Positions 49,063 to 60,222 are shown, numbered from the stretch's first letter. The stretch: 64,000 nucleotides of DNA from Saprospiraceae bacterium (GCA_016719615.1 JADJYQ010000007.1:349070-413069); one strand, 5' to 3'. Made by a program: numbers and translations. Notes: a model not told the origin generated them from the letters alone.

Positions 49063-52000
49063 CCCTGCTTTTTGAGGCTTTGATAATATTGCTCTACCAG
49101 CCGTTTGTAAAAAGGCCGCAATTCCGGTGATATTTGTTTGAACCATTCTGTCTCTCCCTGTCTTTGTTTGATATATTCTTCCAGACCGGGCGGAAACTTA
49201 CGTTCAATATTCGTACCAGTTTCAGATTTTCTTTGTTCATCCCATTCCCTTTCGCGTTCTGCGCGATCAGATTCTAGCAGCCTCGTGGTAATTTCCTCTT
49301 GCCTTTTGAGCATTTCATTGGTTAATTGTTTATTGACCAACTGCTTTTCGAGCTTATTCATTTCCTCTATCGCCTCGCGCGCTTCTTTAGAACCATTTCC
49401 GCGTTCACTGTTTTCTTTGTCCAAATCCTGCAACATTTTACGCAGTTTAGCTTGCTGTGCTGCCATTTCCGCAAACTCCTGAGAAGTCCCTTGTTTTCCT
49501 TCCTTCATCTTCCCCAATTGATCTTTCATTCCCTGACCCATTTTTTTCATGCCTTCTGTGATCTTGTCAGCCGGTTTACGGCCTGAACTTTGTCCGGGTT
49601 TATCGCAAGATTTATTGCCTGGTTTTTTACATGAACCCCCTTTACACTCTTTTTGCTTTTGATTTAAAGTTTCAGACAGCATGAGTGCCAGATCGTTCAT
49701 ATTGGTCATTACTCTTCGCTGATTGTTTCCGGCTTCTGCACTTCTGCGCTCTTCCAGGTGATCAATCCCCGATACAAAATTAGCATTGATCTCATTGACC
49801 TTATCCTGAACAAAAGATTGAATCTCAACAATTCTTTTACTCAAAACTTCAAGTGTATCTTCTACAATTTTAAAATTTTCTTTGATTCTAAATTGATCCT
49901 GGACCAAACCCAGAAATTTTGGCGTCTGCACATTCACCTGTCCAAACTCTTTCACCAGGCCTTCCTGCTCAAATGACAAGGCTACTAAATTCTCCAACAA
50001 TTGGCGCAACATTTTGGCATCTTCTTCCGCTTGTTCCTGATCGGACTCCTCCATTTCCTGCTCCATTTGATCAGCCATTTCTTTCATCTTTTTAGAAGCA
50101 TCCTTTTGTTTTTTCGCCGCCTTGCTCTTTCCGGATTTACCTGCATCCTTATTTTTCATTTCTTCAGATGCGCCCTTTAGATCTTTTTTAATGTCTTCAC
50201 TCTGCGCTTTGCGATCTTCCATTTTGCGCTGCGATTTCATCTCCTCATTCTTCTTTTGCATCTCTTCCTGCTTTTTAGCAAGATCATCAAATTTTTTATT
50301 GATATCTTCTTGCTGATCTTTCAGCCCATCTTCCTTTGCTTCTTCCTTTTGGGTTTGTTCTGAAAGTGCATCTTGTTTATCAGAAAGTTTGCGCAACTCA
50401 TTGATTTGATCTTTGAGGTTCTTCTCCAATTCCAATTGTTTGAACAATTCCAGCAATCGCTCCATTTCTTTAGACATATCCATATTTTTATTCTGGAATT
50501 GCTCCGTCATTTTAAGCGTTTGCTCTTTGTTCAATTCACTCATCAGATCCTGAATCTGTTTCATGATTTGTTTCATTTCCTCACTTGCAGTTTCATTAAA
50601 CAACTTCTGAAGTTGCTCTTGTTTTTCCTGTAATTTTTCGTCTTCGTTGGTCTGTTTTTTTAAATTCTCATCAAATTTTTTCCTGGCCTCATCGAGTTTA
50701 TTCTGCAGCTTCTGCTGATCCTGCATCAGCTTTTCTATTTCTTTTTTATGCTGCCACTCCAGGTCCTTTTTTTGACGCATTTTATTTTTAAAAGCATCAA
50801 TCCGTTCCTGCAATTTCTTAATGTCCTTCAAGGCATCTTCCAGATTGTCTTTTATGTCCTGGTTATTGCTGGCCTCTTGTTTAGCAAGTTCTTCTTCCGA
50901 AGCTTCTTTATACAACTGTATCTGGCTGCGTGCTGATTTACTCCCATTAACTGCATCATTATCCCAAACTTCAAAATAATAACTGATAGATTCTCCGGGT
51001 TCCAGATTGAAATTATTTGCATCAAAAACATATCTGAAATCCTGAAGTTTAGCTTCAGAAGTTGTTTGAATGGGTACAGATTTAATCAATTTTTCCTTCC
51101 CGTCTTTTTGCAATATGGTGTAGTTAAAAGTCAAAGTTTTGATTCCATAATCATCGCTTGCATCTCCTGCAAAGTATTGTACTTTCCAATTGGAGCTATC
51201 CGCAAAAGATTCGACCTTGATTTGTGGATATTGATCTTCGATGATATGTATCTGGTACGTTACAGAATCCGGATCTGGCAATTGTTGGTTTTTTAAATAC
51301 AAAGTGTAGGATTCGTTTTTGGAGAATTTCCTGGTATATCTGAATTGGTTTTCATTTTGTAATTCCAATGCTGATATGTGCTGGTCACTTTCGGTTTTAA
51401 AAGACAATTGATCTGTAAAACTTGTATGGATTTCCCAGGACACTTTGGTTCCTGTTGGAATCAAAAGGTCACCAATGTTCTCTATTTTTTCAGGTTTGCG
51501 TCCTGTATAAGCAGGGTAAGTCAGACTCACCTCAAATTGTTCAACCAAAGGTTTCATCAGCACTTGTAACAAAAACTCATCCGACTGCACATTGCCCGAA
51601 AATATTTTGAAGGTCTGATCTTTTTGTACATTACTGAAGGTATATACAAATTGTTCCGGGCCTTCCTTCTGTAAACGATACTGAAAATTATCCACCTCAA
51701 TAAACGCTTCTGCGGGAATGGCGCGACCTTCGGTGTGCAAACGAAGTGTAAATTCTCCGTTCTGTTCCACTTTTAAATCAGGTACATCCAACACAAATTT
51801 AAATGCTGCTTCTTTTTCAAAATCTTTATCCAACTGAAGGAGTCGTTGAGTGGGTTTTTGAATAAACCCGGGAGCAAATACCAATATAGAAGCTAATAGA
51901 AAAACAGGTCCGATTGCATAATGCATGTATTTGCGGTTTTTTTGTAAGTCTATGGCTTGAACAAAAGGAACCGGTTGTAGATCGTAAGATTTCTGGGCAA

Positions 52001-52403
52001 TACTCGCTTCAATTAAACTGCGATCTGAAAAATTAATGGATTGAGACTTCAGTTGAAGTACATTGAGCAGCTTGTCCTTTACATCTTTGAATTGGCTACC
52101 AATGATTTTGGCAGCTTCTTCGTGTGAGATCAATTTACCCAATCTGAAATAATGAAAAAGTGGTGTCAAAATCCAAAAAACCAAACCGGCCATAAATAAC
52201 CCCAGGTAGGAAAATGAAAGAATTGCTCTTACACTTTTACTAAAATAGAATTGACTCTCCAAAAAATTGTAAGCCAGGAATACAAGAGTTAATAAACCCA
52301 CAAAGTAAAGACTGCCCCGAATCAATTGATTCATGTAATACTTACGGGTAAATTGGTCAATTTTAAGAATTAACTGGTCGTAATAATTTTCCTTTGGTGC
52401 CAT
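49059..52403 (-). CDS. 1114-aa membrane-anchored protein with long K/E/Q-rich coiled coil (resembles DUF4175-type proteins)
   Basis: Two N-terminal TM helices (GSLYFVGLLTLVFLAYNF; ILSFSYLGLFMAGLVFWILTPLF) are followed by a beta-rich middle and ~350 aa of charged heptad-like sequence. A Cys cluster is present (CKGGSCKKPGNKSCDKPG). The family name is from memory. Confidence 0.7.
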   Translation of the reverse strand: MAPKENYYDQLILKIDQFTRKYYMNQLIRGSLYFVGLLTLVFLAYNFLESQFYFSKSVRAILSFSYLGLFMAGLVFWILTPLFHYFRLGKLISHEEAAKIIGSQFKDVKDKLLNVLQLKSQSINFSDRSLIEASIAQKSYDLQPVPFVQAIDLQKNRKYMHYAIGPVFLLASILVFAPGFIQKPTQRLLQLDKDFEKEAAFKFVLDVPDLKVEQNGEFTLRLHTEGRAIPAEAFIEVDNFQYRLQKEGPEQFVYTFSNVQKDQTFKIFSGNVQSDEFLLQVLMKPLVEQFEVSLTYPAYTGRKPEKIENIGDLLIPTGTKVSWEIHTSFTDQLSFKTESDQHISALELQNENQFRYTRKFSKNESYTLYLKNQQLPDPDSVTYQIHIIEDQYPQIKVESFADSSNWKVQYFAGDASDDYGIKTLTFNYTILQKDGKEKLIKSVPIQTTSEAKLQDFRYVFDANNFNLEPGESISYYFEVWDNDAVNGSKSARSQIQLYKEASEEELAKQEASNNQDIKDNLEDALKDIKKLQERIDAFKNKMRQKKDLEWQHKKEIEKLMQDQQKLQNKLDEARKKFDENLKKQTNEDEKLQEKQEQLQKLFNETASEEMKQIMKQIQDLMSELNKEQTLKMTEQFQNKNMDMSKEMERLLELFKQLELEKNLKDQINELRKLSDKQDALSEQTQKEEAKEDGLKDQQEDINKKFDDLAKKQEEMQKKNEEMKSQRKMEDRKAQSEDIKKDLKGASEEMKNKDAGKSGKSKAAKKQKDASKKMKEMADQMEQEMEESDQEQAEEDAKMLRQLLENLVALSFEQEGLVKEFGQVNVQTPKFLGLVQDQFRIKENFKIVEDTLEVLSKRIVEIQSFVQDKVNEINANFVSGIDHLEERRSAEAGNNQRRVMTNMNDLALMLSETLNQKQKECKGGSCKKPGNKSCDKPGQSSGRKPADKITEGMKKMGQGMKDQLGKMKEGKQGTSQEFAEMAAQQAKLRKMLQDLDKENSERGNGSKEAREAIEEMNKLEKQLVNKQLTNEMLKRQEEITTRLLESDRAEREREWDEQRKSETGTNIERKFPPGLEEYIKQRQGETEWFKQISPELRPFYKRLVEQYYQSLKKQG

Positions 52404-52508
52404 ACAAACTGTTCAACTAATAAAAACGCAAAATAGCCGAAAATAATTTCAGCAATATAGAGTGAAATCAATAAACTTAAGTTAAAACAACAAATCCAAG
52501 TGCTTGGT

Positions 52509-53324
52509 TTAAGCAGAAATATTGTATTCGCGCAAAGCATCATTGAGCGAAACCTTTTTGTCTGTTGATTCTTTGCGCTCACCAATGATCAATGCGCAGG
52601 GCACCTGATAATCACCTGCAGGATATTTTTTGGTATAAGAGCCCGGAATCACGACGGATCTTGGTGGTACAAAGCCTTGATACTTAACGGCTTGTTCTTT
52701 AGTTACATCCAAAATATGTGTTGAACCCGTAATCACCACATTAGCACCTAAAACAGCTTCCCGACCAATTATGGCTCCTTCTACGATGATGCAGCGGGAT
52801 CCAATGAAAGCATTGTCTTCGATAATATTTGGTTGTGCCTGCGGAGGTTCAAGAACTCCGCCTATGCCTACGCCTCCTGCCAAATGAACATTTCGTCCGA
52901 TTTGTGCACAAGAGCCGACAGTTGCCCAGGTGTCTACCATTGTACCTGAGCCTACCCATGCCCCGATGTTCACATAACTTGGCATGAGGATCGCGCCCGG
53001 TTCAATATACGATCCGTAACGAGCAATGGCATGTGGAACAGCCCTGATACCCAATTGGCCAAAATTGGTTTTTGTGGGTATTTTATCAAAAAATTCGAGG
53101 TCTCCAGCTTTAATGATCCGATTCTCGCTAATGGGGAAAAAAAGCAATATCGCTTTCTTAATCCATTCATTGACGCGCCATTTATCTTCACCGGGTTCGG
53201 CAACCCTAATCCTCCCACTATCCAATAAGGATATAACTTCCTGGATATGCTCCTTTATTTCTTTCTCATTCAACAAACTGCGGTCATCCCATGCAGCTTC
53301 AACGCTCTTTTTTAAATGTTCCAT
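52509..53324 (-). CDS. dapD: 2,3,4,5-tetrahydropyridine-2,6-dicarboxylate N-succinyltransferase
   Basis: Track ORF 52509..53393. The likely start is MEHLKKSVEAAWDDRS at 53324. It has hexapeptide-repeat left-handed helix motifs (IGAWVGSGTMVDTWATVGSCAQIGRNVHLAGGVGIGGVLEP). Confidence 0.88.
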   Translation of the reverse strand: MEHLKKSVEAAWDDRSLLNEKEIKEHIQEVISLLDSGRIRVAEPGEDKWRVNEWIKKAILLFFPISENRIIKAGDLEFFDKIPTKTNFGQLGIRAVPHAIARYGSYIEPGAILMPSYVNIGAWVGSGTMVDTWATVGSCAQIGRNVHLAGGVGIGGVLEPPQAQPNIIEDNAFIGSRCIIVEGAIIGREAVLGANVVITGSTHILDVTKEQAVKYQGFVPPRSVVIPGSYTKKYPAGDYQVPCALIIGERKESTDKKVSLNDALREYNISA

Positions 53325-53325
53325 C

Positions 53326-54006
53326 TTAAAATGTATATGAAAATGCAAGTATAGTGGAAATAATGCCAACAATATAACCAATATATATTTCATCTCTGGT
53401 ATGAGCCTTCAAATAAAGTCTGCAACTTCCAATCCATGCAGCAAGCAGCACAGAAATCATCAAAAGCTCATGAATATGAAAAGAAGATACGCCTTCTCTG
53501 TAAAATCGGAAATAGAAAATTGAATCCTCCGGAAAATGAAAGCGGACCATCCACCACAAGCAGCAGAAAGATGCCCATGAAGCAGTGTGTAAACTCAATT
53601 TCAGTTTCGTGTTGATCACAAATGCAAAGAAAATACAGATAATGGCACTCAACACAAAAGCCGTCATTAATTTAGGTATATTTTCCTGGGATTTCAGGTT
53701 GATCCACAGCCATAAATTAAATATCGCACATATAATCAAGGGTATAAACCGATCAAAACGATCAGTCATACTAAATGATTTTAACAATCCGGTCCATTTC
53801 ATAAGTCCAATTGCAATGGAAGGGATGAAGACCGTATAGATAAAAGTGAGTACTACCAAAATAGACTGCTCAGACCAAACCAAAACACCAAATAGATGTG
53901 GTTTCAGACATAGCAATAAAAACAAAGCATAAAAGAGTAGAAAAATAGGATGAAAAATATAGGAACTAAACAAGGCCAGTGGCCTTAGGATGGATTGCAT
54001 TTGCAT
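53326..54006 (-). CDS. Integral membrane protein, possibly PAP2-like
   Basis: 226 aa with ~6 TM helices. LSLHTASWA and YLKAHTRDEIYIGYIVG are weakly reminiscent of PAP2 motifs 2 and 3. Confidence 0.4.
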   Translation of the reverse strand: MQMQSILRPLALFSSYIFHPIFLLFYALFLLLCLKPHLFGVLVWSEQSILVVLTFIYTVFIPSIAIGLMKWTGLLKSFSMTDRFDRFIPLIICAIFNLWLWINLKSQENIPKLMTAFVLSAIICIFFAFVINTKLKLSLHTASWASFCCLWWMVRFHFPEDSIFYFRFYREGVSSFHIHELLMISVLLAAWIGSCRLYLKAHTRDEIYIGYIVGIISTILAFSYTF

Positions 54007-54510
54007 GGTTGGCCAAAGGTAAGTAATTCAATGATTCCTATGGATAAGTGGCCTCAAATCAGGAGATATTATTTACCGAAAATCAAAAGTTCCATAAAAC
54101 TCCTTATCATCAAACGATTTGATTTGACTTCCCCTTTCAAATTATCATCGAAGCCTTTTGCCAACGCAACTTTTTTCATTTTATCAAATGTTTCCATTCG
54201 CAATTTAAAAATGGGAAAAGATGGAGGACAGATGATAGATTAAGGAGTATGGAGTCCCGACATGAAAATCTTATTCCCTAAAAAGGTGATGATGATGTCG
54301 GGAGGAGTATATATGATGGAGCTTAGATCGAACATGTGTATCAGACGGATTGGCTATAAACGGTATATTGCTGAATATTTGATAGATCTCAATTTTACTG
54401 ATACTAACTAACGTTCGTCCGTTCATAATATAAATTGGAAAAGCTACTTTACAATAATATAGCCAAATTGCTCAAAACCAAAGTGTAAAATCCAATCAAC
54501 TGAAAACTGA

Positions 54511-55272
54511 TTACTGATTACTGTAAACTTTCCTGATTTTTCCCATTCTGATATAAACCGGAAACCTCACTTCGCAATTTTCCTGATCCGGCCAGATTTT
54601 TTCTAGTTGCGTTTTAAATGCCGGCAATGGAGAATGTCCAATGTATTTTTCATACTTATGAAGTGCAGACCAGGAGCTTAAATAACCTAAAAAACGATCG
54701 CGATTCCAGGTATCTCGGATTTCAAAAACAGGACAGTCAATTTCTTCGAATGGAAAAGGGATCGATGTGAGTTTCTCTTCTATAAGTTTTCTGGCAGGAT
54801 CCCAATATGGGCCTAATGTGTTTTCATAAAGCCCATATAATAATTTATCTATTTCTTCATTGATGCAAATATTTTCATAAACCCACACAGCGAGAATGCC
54901 ATTTGGTTTAAGCACACGAGAAACCTGATGATAAAACTTATTAAAATCAAACCAATGTATGGCCTGAGCCACTGTGATAAGGTCACAAGACTGCGTTGCC
55001 AAAGAACTTGATTCTGCAGATTCGCATAAGTACTGCACATTTTCAAAAGATGGTGCCCGTTGTAGTTGCTGTGCACTTAAGTCCGTTGCAATAACCTTAC
55101 TAAATTTCTCGCCTAATTTTCGGGCCACCTGCCCATTACCTGTTGCACAATCCCAGGCGAGTTCAAAATTCTTACATTTACTGTAAACCCATTCATACAA
55201 CTCTTTAGGATAAAGTGGCCGATGTTGAGCATAACTTTCGGAAGTTTGACTGAACAAATCTTTTGGACTCAT
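54511..55272 (-). CDS. Class I SAM-dependent methyltransferase
   Basis: 253 aa. It has motif I AWDCATGNGQVA, then VIATDLS, DLITVAQAIHWF and LKPNGILAVW. Confidence 0.85.
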   Translation of the reverse strand: MSPKDLFSQTSESYAQHRPLYPKELYEWVYSKCKNFELAWDCATGNGQVARKLGEKFSKVIATDLSAQQLQRAPSFENVQYLCESAESSSLATQSCDLITVAQAIHWFDFNKFYHQVSRVLKPNGILAVWVYENICINEEIDKLLYGLYENTLGPYWDPARKLIEEKLTSIPFPFEEIDCPVFEIRDTWNRDRFLGYLSSWSALHKYEKYIGHSPLPAFKTQLEKIWPDQENCEVRFPVYIRMGKIRKVYSNQ

Positions 55273-55296
55273 TGATAATTACTCATATTGTTTACT

Positions 55297-56181
55297 TCAG
55301 AGAATTTTTTTTCTCTTAAACCAGAAATATATGATAAGGCTCACGAGCGCCATAATTGCCAGACTATAATAATATCCCATGGACCAGTTTAATTCAGGCA
55401 TATGTTTAAAATTCATTCCATAAACACCTACTATAAATGTGAGTGGTAAAAAGAATGCAGAAAAAATCGTCAGTAATTTCATGACATCATTACTACGCTG
55501 TGTCGTAATCGACAAATACATATTTAATAAATTATGCGAATCATCAATAATCTCATCATAATTAAGTATAGAATTTGTGAGTGTATCTTTAATATCCTGA
55601 AATCTGGTTTGATATTCCTGATGAATTTCCAACTGTTGAAAAACATTTTGCGTTAAAAGCAATAATTTTCTTCCAATCCGGGCCCGAATTTTTTGAAAAT
55701 AAAGATCTTCCAATGAGATGTGCGCTGATTTTTTCAAGAATAATGTTCTTTCAAACTGATCGATGCGTTCGGCTTGATTTTTGATTGGTGCATTAAAGGA
55801 ATGAACCATTTCTATTGCAATATCCAAAAACAATTCCTGTGGATCTTCATAATTGGATTTATCAAATTGCAAAAAAGGAAATTCCTTGCGGTGTATGGTA
55901 ATCAGCTGATTTTCCTTTAGAAAGAAAGCAATTTTGTTTGAAATTTCACTGTGTTTTGTGACCCGGTCACCTGCCAAAGCTGTAAATGAGCGAAGGATAA
56001 TAAAAGTATACCCCTCGAGTTTTTCAAGCTTTGGAAGATGCCCATGTTGTAAACTATCATTCACCAGATTAAGGTCAAGCCCGTACTGTGATGCAAGATC
56101 TTTTAACTCTGTTTTACTTGGGTTCGCCAAATCAATCCACACAAAGGATTGAAACTGTTTTTCTTTTTTAAAAAATGTCAT
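55297..56181 (-). CDS. corA: CorA-family divalent metal transporter
   Basis: 294 aa. It has the C-terminal motif LTFIVGVYGMNFKHMPEL followed by a second TM helix and a basic tail. Confidence 0.88.
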   Translation of the reverse strand: MTFFKKEKQFQSFVWIDLANPSKTELKDLASQYGLDLNLVNDSLQHGHLPKLEKLEGYTFIILRSFTALAGDRVTKHSEISNKIAFFLKENQLITIHRKEFPFLQFDKSNYEDPQELFLDIAIEMVHSFNAPIKNQAERIDQFERTLFLKKSAHISLEDLYFQKIRARIGRKLLLLTQNVFQQLEIHQEYQTRFQDIKDTLTNSILNYDEIIDDSHNLLNMYLSITTQRSNDVMKLLTIFSAFFLPLTFIVGVYGMNFKHMPELNWSMGYYYSLAIMALVSLIIYFWFKRKKIL

Positions 56182-56452
56182 GTACTCCTTATCGCCTTAG
56201 ATTCAAAATTAATGAAAACTATTAAACCAGATGGATAAAATTATTTAAAACAAGATCATTCTATACAAACGGGATGATCATAAGTATCATTTGGCACGGC
56301 GTTATATTATTTGAATCACCATAGATTTCGTTCCAACAAATTTCAGGAATTTCAGAGCGATTTATAAAGTATCAACAGTTAATAAATGCCCAAACTAAAT
56401 TGCAAAAAATACAGTTGCCTTAAAATATACGAAAAAATCCTAAAGTTCAAAC

Positions 56453-58864
56453 TCAAAAGGACTTATAACGCAATCTTAGGCTATTCAAAACTACACTTAC
56501 ACTGCTAAATGCCATTGCCATACCTGCCATCATTGGATTCATCCAAATTCCCCAAATTGGATATAACAAACCTGCTGCAATAGGTATCCCAATAATATTA
56601 TAAAAAAAAGCCCAAAATAAATTTTGACGAATGGTCTGTAAAGTTGCCTTCGAAATCCCAATGGCCATTGGAAGTTTAGTGACTTCTGAAGAAACGATCA
56701 CGATATCAGATGTTTCCTTTGCAATATCTGAACCCAGGCCCATTGCTATACTAACATTTGCCTGTGCAAGGGCAGGACTATCGTTGATACCATCACCAAC
56801 CATGGCAACTTTATGTTTTTCTGATTGTAGCTTTTTCACAAATTCCAATTTGTCTGCCGGACTTTGCTCTCCTTTCCAACGATCGATACCTGCTATTTTT
56901 GCAATACTTTCAGCAACAGATTTCCGGTCACCGCTAAGCATCCAAATAGAAAGATTCATAATTTTCAGATTCCGGATCATCCCTGGAATTCCCGTTCTGA
57001 TCTCATCTCTAAAAGTAAGACTAGCTAAAATATTTTCCTCATTAAAAAAATAAACAAGACTTTCTTGAGCATTTACCACAGCAGTGATCATCTCGAGCTT
57101 ACCGGAAATCAGATGTTGCGCTTGTTGTTTTAAAAATTTATGGCTCCCCAGAAAATATTTTATATTATTAAAACCAGCTTCTACACCCAGGCCAGGATGG
57201 TTCTTGTAGAAATCAGGAAAACGCTCCATCTCAGACTCCGATGGAATTTCTATGGCTTTTGCAAGAGGATGATCTGAACGGATTGCCATACTTTTTAATA
57301 TTTCACGATGGTCTGGAATGTCCGTAAACCAACGAACGTTTGTTAGTTTTGGAATTCCATGTGTGAGTGTGCCTGTTTTATCAAATATCAAAGTGTCTAT
57401 TGATTTTACCTGTTCTAAACTACCGGCATCCCGAATCAGGATTCCATGCTGAGCCGCTTTCCCCATACCCACAATAACGGCAGTTGGCGTTGCTAAGCCC
57501 AAAGCACATGGACAAGCCACGATAAGTACGGTCACTAAAGCAAGAATGCCCTTTTGCAATCCTTGTACAGGATCCATGAAATACCAGATAACAAATGAAA
57601 GTAAGGCAAGAAAAATTACAGTAGGTACAAACACTGAAGCAATTTGATCTGTAAGTTTTTGAACTGGGGCTTTAGTCGTTTGTGCTTTTTGCACCCATTG
57701 TATCATTTGAGCCAATTGCGTTTCAAGACCTACTTTTTGAGCTCTATAAGTTAAACTGCCTTCCAGATTGAGAGAACCACCCATCACGCGATTTCCAATT
57801 TGTTTTATGAGTGGCATGGATTCTCCGGTCATCAAACTTTCATCAACTGCCGAATTTCCGGATTCAACAATTCCATCTACTGCTATGCGATCGCCTGGAC
57901 GTGCCAATAACAAATCACCAACATTGGCCTCAGCACTTTTGATTTCATCAAATCCTCCAGAAGTATTTACACGTAAAACCGTAGCAGGATGCAGTTCCAT
58001 CAGTTTCCGAATCGCAATACCCGTCTTTGCTTTTGTTTTTTCTTCCAGCCATTTCCCCAACAATAAAAAGGCAATTACAACTGCAGCAGACTCAAAATAA
58101 ATTGGTTTAAATTCCAAATCAAACTGCTCTGTTTCAGCTTTAAACAAATAGGCTACACTAGTGCAATATGCCACGGTCGAACTCATGGCTACCAGTGTAT
58201 CCATGTTCACTTTACCATGCCGGCCCAATAACCAGGCTCTTTTAAAATAATCTCTGCCCAACCAGAATATTACCGGAGTTGAAAGCAGCCAAAGTATCCA
58301 TGGAGTATATACCCAATGCATATGCATCATGCCCAACCAAACGATTGGCACGCATATTATTAATGCCCAGAATGCTTTGTGCTTTTGATTTTGCAGGAAC
58401 TGCCTTTCTTCGCCAACATCAAAATCTGTAATAGGATGATCGGGTATGGCTTCCAAATGGTAGGAATGATCTGATATTAATTTTTCGAGAACATTGGAAT
58501 TCACTAAATTTTCCAAATAACTCAATTTTAAAACAGAATTTGCATAATTGACTTCTGCACTTATAACGCCTTTTTGATCTTTCAGAATGTCTTCGATACT
58601 TAATGCACAATTTGCACACGACATTCCCTGGACTTTGTAAAGTTTTTCCAACAGCGGGATTTTGAAAGCTGCATTTTGCAACTTCGAAAGGATATCAGGT
58701 AAAATTTCGAAAAGGGCATCTGATTCAAGATGGATTCCATGATGAATCTTTTGAAATTTCAATTGCGAAGACCATTCTTTCAAAAGATCCTCGATCTTAG
58801 CATTGCTCTTTGAATTTGTTGTAGAATTCCAGTAAATATCAATTTGCTTGATAGATTGCTTCAT
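56453..58864 (-). CDS. Heavy-metal (Cu+-type, P1B) translocating P-type ATPase
   Basis: 803 aa. It has the HMA motif GMSCANCA, TGES, the TM6 CPC (VACPCALGLATP), DKTGTLT, SDHPLA, GDGINDSPAL, and YNIIGIPIAAG plus MAFSSVSV, which are typical of Cu+ pumps. Confidence 0.9.
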   Translation of the reverse strand: MKQSIKQIDIYWNSTTNSKSNAKIEDLLKEWSSQLKFQKIHHGIHLESDALFEILPDILSKLQNAAFKIPLLEKLYKVQGMSCANCALSIEDILKDQKGVISAEVNYANSVLKLSYLENLVNSNVLEKLISDHSYHLEAIPDHPITDFDVGEERQFLQNQKHKAFWALIICVPIVWLGMMHMHWVYTPWILWLLSTPVIFWLGRDYFKRAWLLGRHGKVNMDTLVAMSSTVAYCTSVAYLFKAETEQFDLEFKPIYFESAAVVIAFLLLGKWLEEKTKAKTGIAIRKLMELHPATVLRVNTSGGFDEIKSAEANVGDLLLARPGDRIAVDGIVESGNSAVDESLMTGESMPLIKQIGNRVMGGSLNLEGSLTYRAQKVGLETQLAQMIQWVQKAQTTKAPVQKLTDQIASVFVPTVIFLALLSFVIWYFMDPVQGLQKGILALVTVLIVACPCALGLATPTAVIVGMGKAAQHGILIRDAGSLEQVKSIDTLIFDKTGTLTHGIPKLTNVRWFTDIPDHREILKSMAIRSDHPLAKAIEIPSESEMERFPDFYKNHPGLGVEAGFNNIKYFLGSHKFLKQQAQHLISGKLEMITAVVNAQESLVYFFNEENILASLTFRDEIRTGIPGMIRNLKIMNLSIWMLSGDRKSVAESIAKIAGIDRWKGEQSPADKLEFVKKLQSEKHKVAMVGDGINDSPALAQANVSIAMGLGSDIAKETSDIVIVSSEVTKLPMAIGISKATLQTIRQNLFWAFFYNIIGIPIAAGLLYPIWGIWMNPMMAGMAMAFSSVSVVLNSLRLRYKSF

Positions 58865-58985
58865 TGTGGCGTCCCTTTGTTATAACTGAACCTCTTATAA
58901 AACAATAAGCAGATGATGTAGTTCAGCATTAGTCTTGTCAAAAGTCTTTATGCGGTTTAAAACTTTAAAACTTGGGGTGGGCTTT

Positions 58986-59024
58986 AAAAAAAGAATAGCG
59001 AGACTACATTGTCATCTCGCTATT
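58986..59024 (-). terminator. Rho-independent terminator downstream of recA
   Basis: On the minus strand, stem AATAGCGAGA / TCTCGCTATT (59024-59015 / 59003-58994) has an 11-nt loop and is followed by C + T7 (58992-58986). It lies ~130 nt after the recA stop. Confidence 0.65.
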
Positions 59025-59150
59025 TCGGATATATATATGGGAATTAGAGAAAAAAGCAATGAATAAAACGCCTTTATTGCTTTCCTCTTGTTTTCTTCAC
59101 AACAAATTTACAAATGTTCTGCACATTGTTTCATGTTTTTATAAATTTTA

Positions 59151-60200
59151 TCAGGCCTCTCCGGCTTCGACACTTTCTTCGATTTTTACCATTTTTCCAG
59201 TGGCGAGTTTGGCTTTTATTTTTTCTTCAATTTGAGCTGAAAGTTCCGGATTGTCTTCTAAAAATTGTTTTGCTGAGTCACGGCCCTGTGCAATTTTCGT
59301 GCCTTCATAGCTAAACCAAGAGCCACTTTTCTGGATTACATTTAGTTCAGAGCCTAAATCCACAATTTCCCCTGATTTTGAAATTCCCTCACCGTAGGTG
59401 ATATCAAATTCTGCGACGCGAAAAGGAGGTGCCATTTTGTTTTTGACGACTTTTACTTTGACTCTGTTTCCTACAATGTTTCCATCTTTATCTTTAATGG
59501 CACTGCTAGTGCGGCGGATGTCTAGGCGGATACTGGCATAAAATTTCAATGCATTTCCACCAGTAGTTGTTTCCGGATTTCCGAACATCACCCCGATTTT
59601 TTCTCTCAACTGATTAATGAATATGCAACAACAGCCTGTTCTTCCGATCGTTCCGGTTAATTTCCGAAGTGCCTGACTCATCAATCTGGCCTGGAGACCC
59701 ATTTTTGATTCACCCATTTCTCCTTCTATTTCACTTTTGGGCACAAGTGCCGCTACAGAGTCAATGACAATGATATCAATAGCACCGGAGCGAATCAGGT
59801 TTTCAGTGATTTCGAGGGCTTGCTCCCCATTGTCCGGTTGAGAGATCAGAAGATCTTCCGTATTGACTCCCAGGGCCTCTGCATATGCCCTGTCGAAAGC
59901 ATGTTCTGCATCAATAAAAGCTGCGATTCCCCCTCTTTTCTGGCATTCTGAAATGGCGTGAATTGCCAAAGTCGTTTTTCCTGAACTTTCGGGACCATAA
60001 ATTTCAACAACTCTACCACGCGGCAAACCACCTATACCTAATGCAATATCAAGCCCCAGTGAACCGGTAGAAATAGAATCAACACTATCCAATATGGGTT
60101 TGTCTCCCAATTTCATAATGCTCCCTTTGCCATATGTTTTTTCAAGCCTATCGACCGTAAGCGCCAGTGCTTTTAGTTTTTCTTCTCTTTCTTTAGACAT
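59151..60200 (-). CDS. recA: Recombinase A
   Basis: The track ORF starts at GTG 60290. The canonical start is [33 protein letters not shown] at 60200. It has Walker [10 protein letters not shown], Walker [11 protein letters not shown] and [30 protein letters not shown]. Confidence 0.96.
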   Translation of the reverse strand: MSKEREEKLKALALTVDRLEKTYGKGSIMKLGDKPILDSVDSISTGSLGLDIALGIGGLPRGRVVEIYGPESSGKTTLAIHAISECQKRGGIAAFIDAEHAFDRAYAEALGVNTEDLLISQPDNGEQALEITENLIRSGAIDIIVIDSVAALVPKSEIEGEMGESKMGLQARLMSQALRKLTGTIGRTGCCCIFINQLREKIGVMFGNPETTTGGNALKFYASIRLDIRRTSSAIKDKDGNIVGNRVKVKVVKNKMAPPFRVAEFDITYGEGISKSGEIVDLGSELNVIQKSGSWFSYEGTKIAQGRDSAKQFLEDNPELSAQIEEKIKAKLATGKMVKIEESVEAGEA

Positions 60201-60222
60201 ATTAAATAAATTTATATAAGTG

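Noticed and set aside
49138-51610. A series of plus-strand ORFs (49138..49482, 49326..49586, 49758..49976, 50122..50316, 50373..50633, 50748..50936, 51066..51296, 51378..51610) with Leu/Phe/Ser-rich translations.
   Set aside because: They are antisense shadows of the K/E-rich coiled-coil gene 49059..52403. AAG/GAA-rich coding DNA gives open antisense frames.
53995-54243. 82-aa plus-strand track ORF, a 42-codon minus-strand ORF (about 54071-54199, METFDKMKKVALAKGF…), and a 9-bp inverted repeat TCCCGACAT/ATGTCGGGA (~54255-54300), all in the 0.5-kb spacer.
   Set aside because: There are no motifs and no supporting features. The small ORFs are compatible with chance. The hairpin is noted but has no obvious context.
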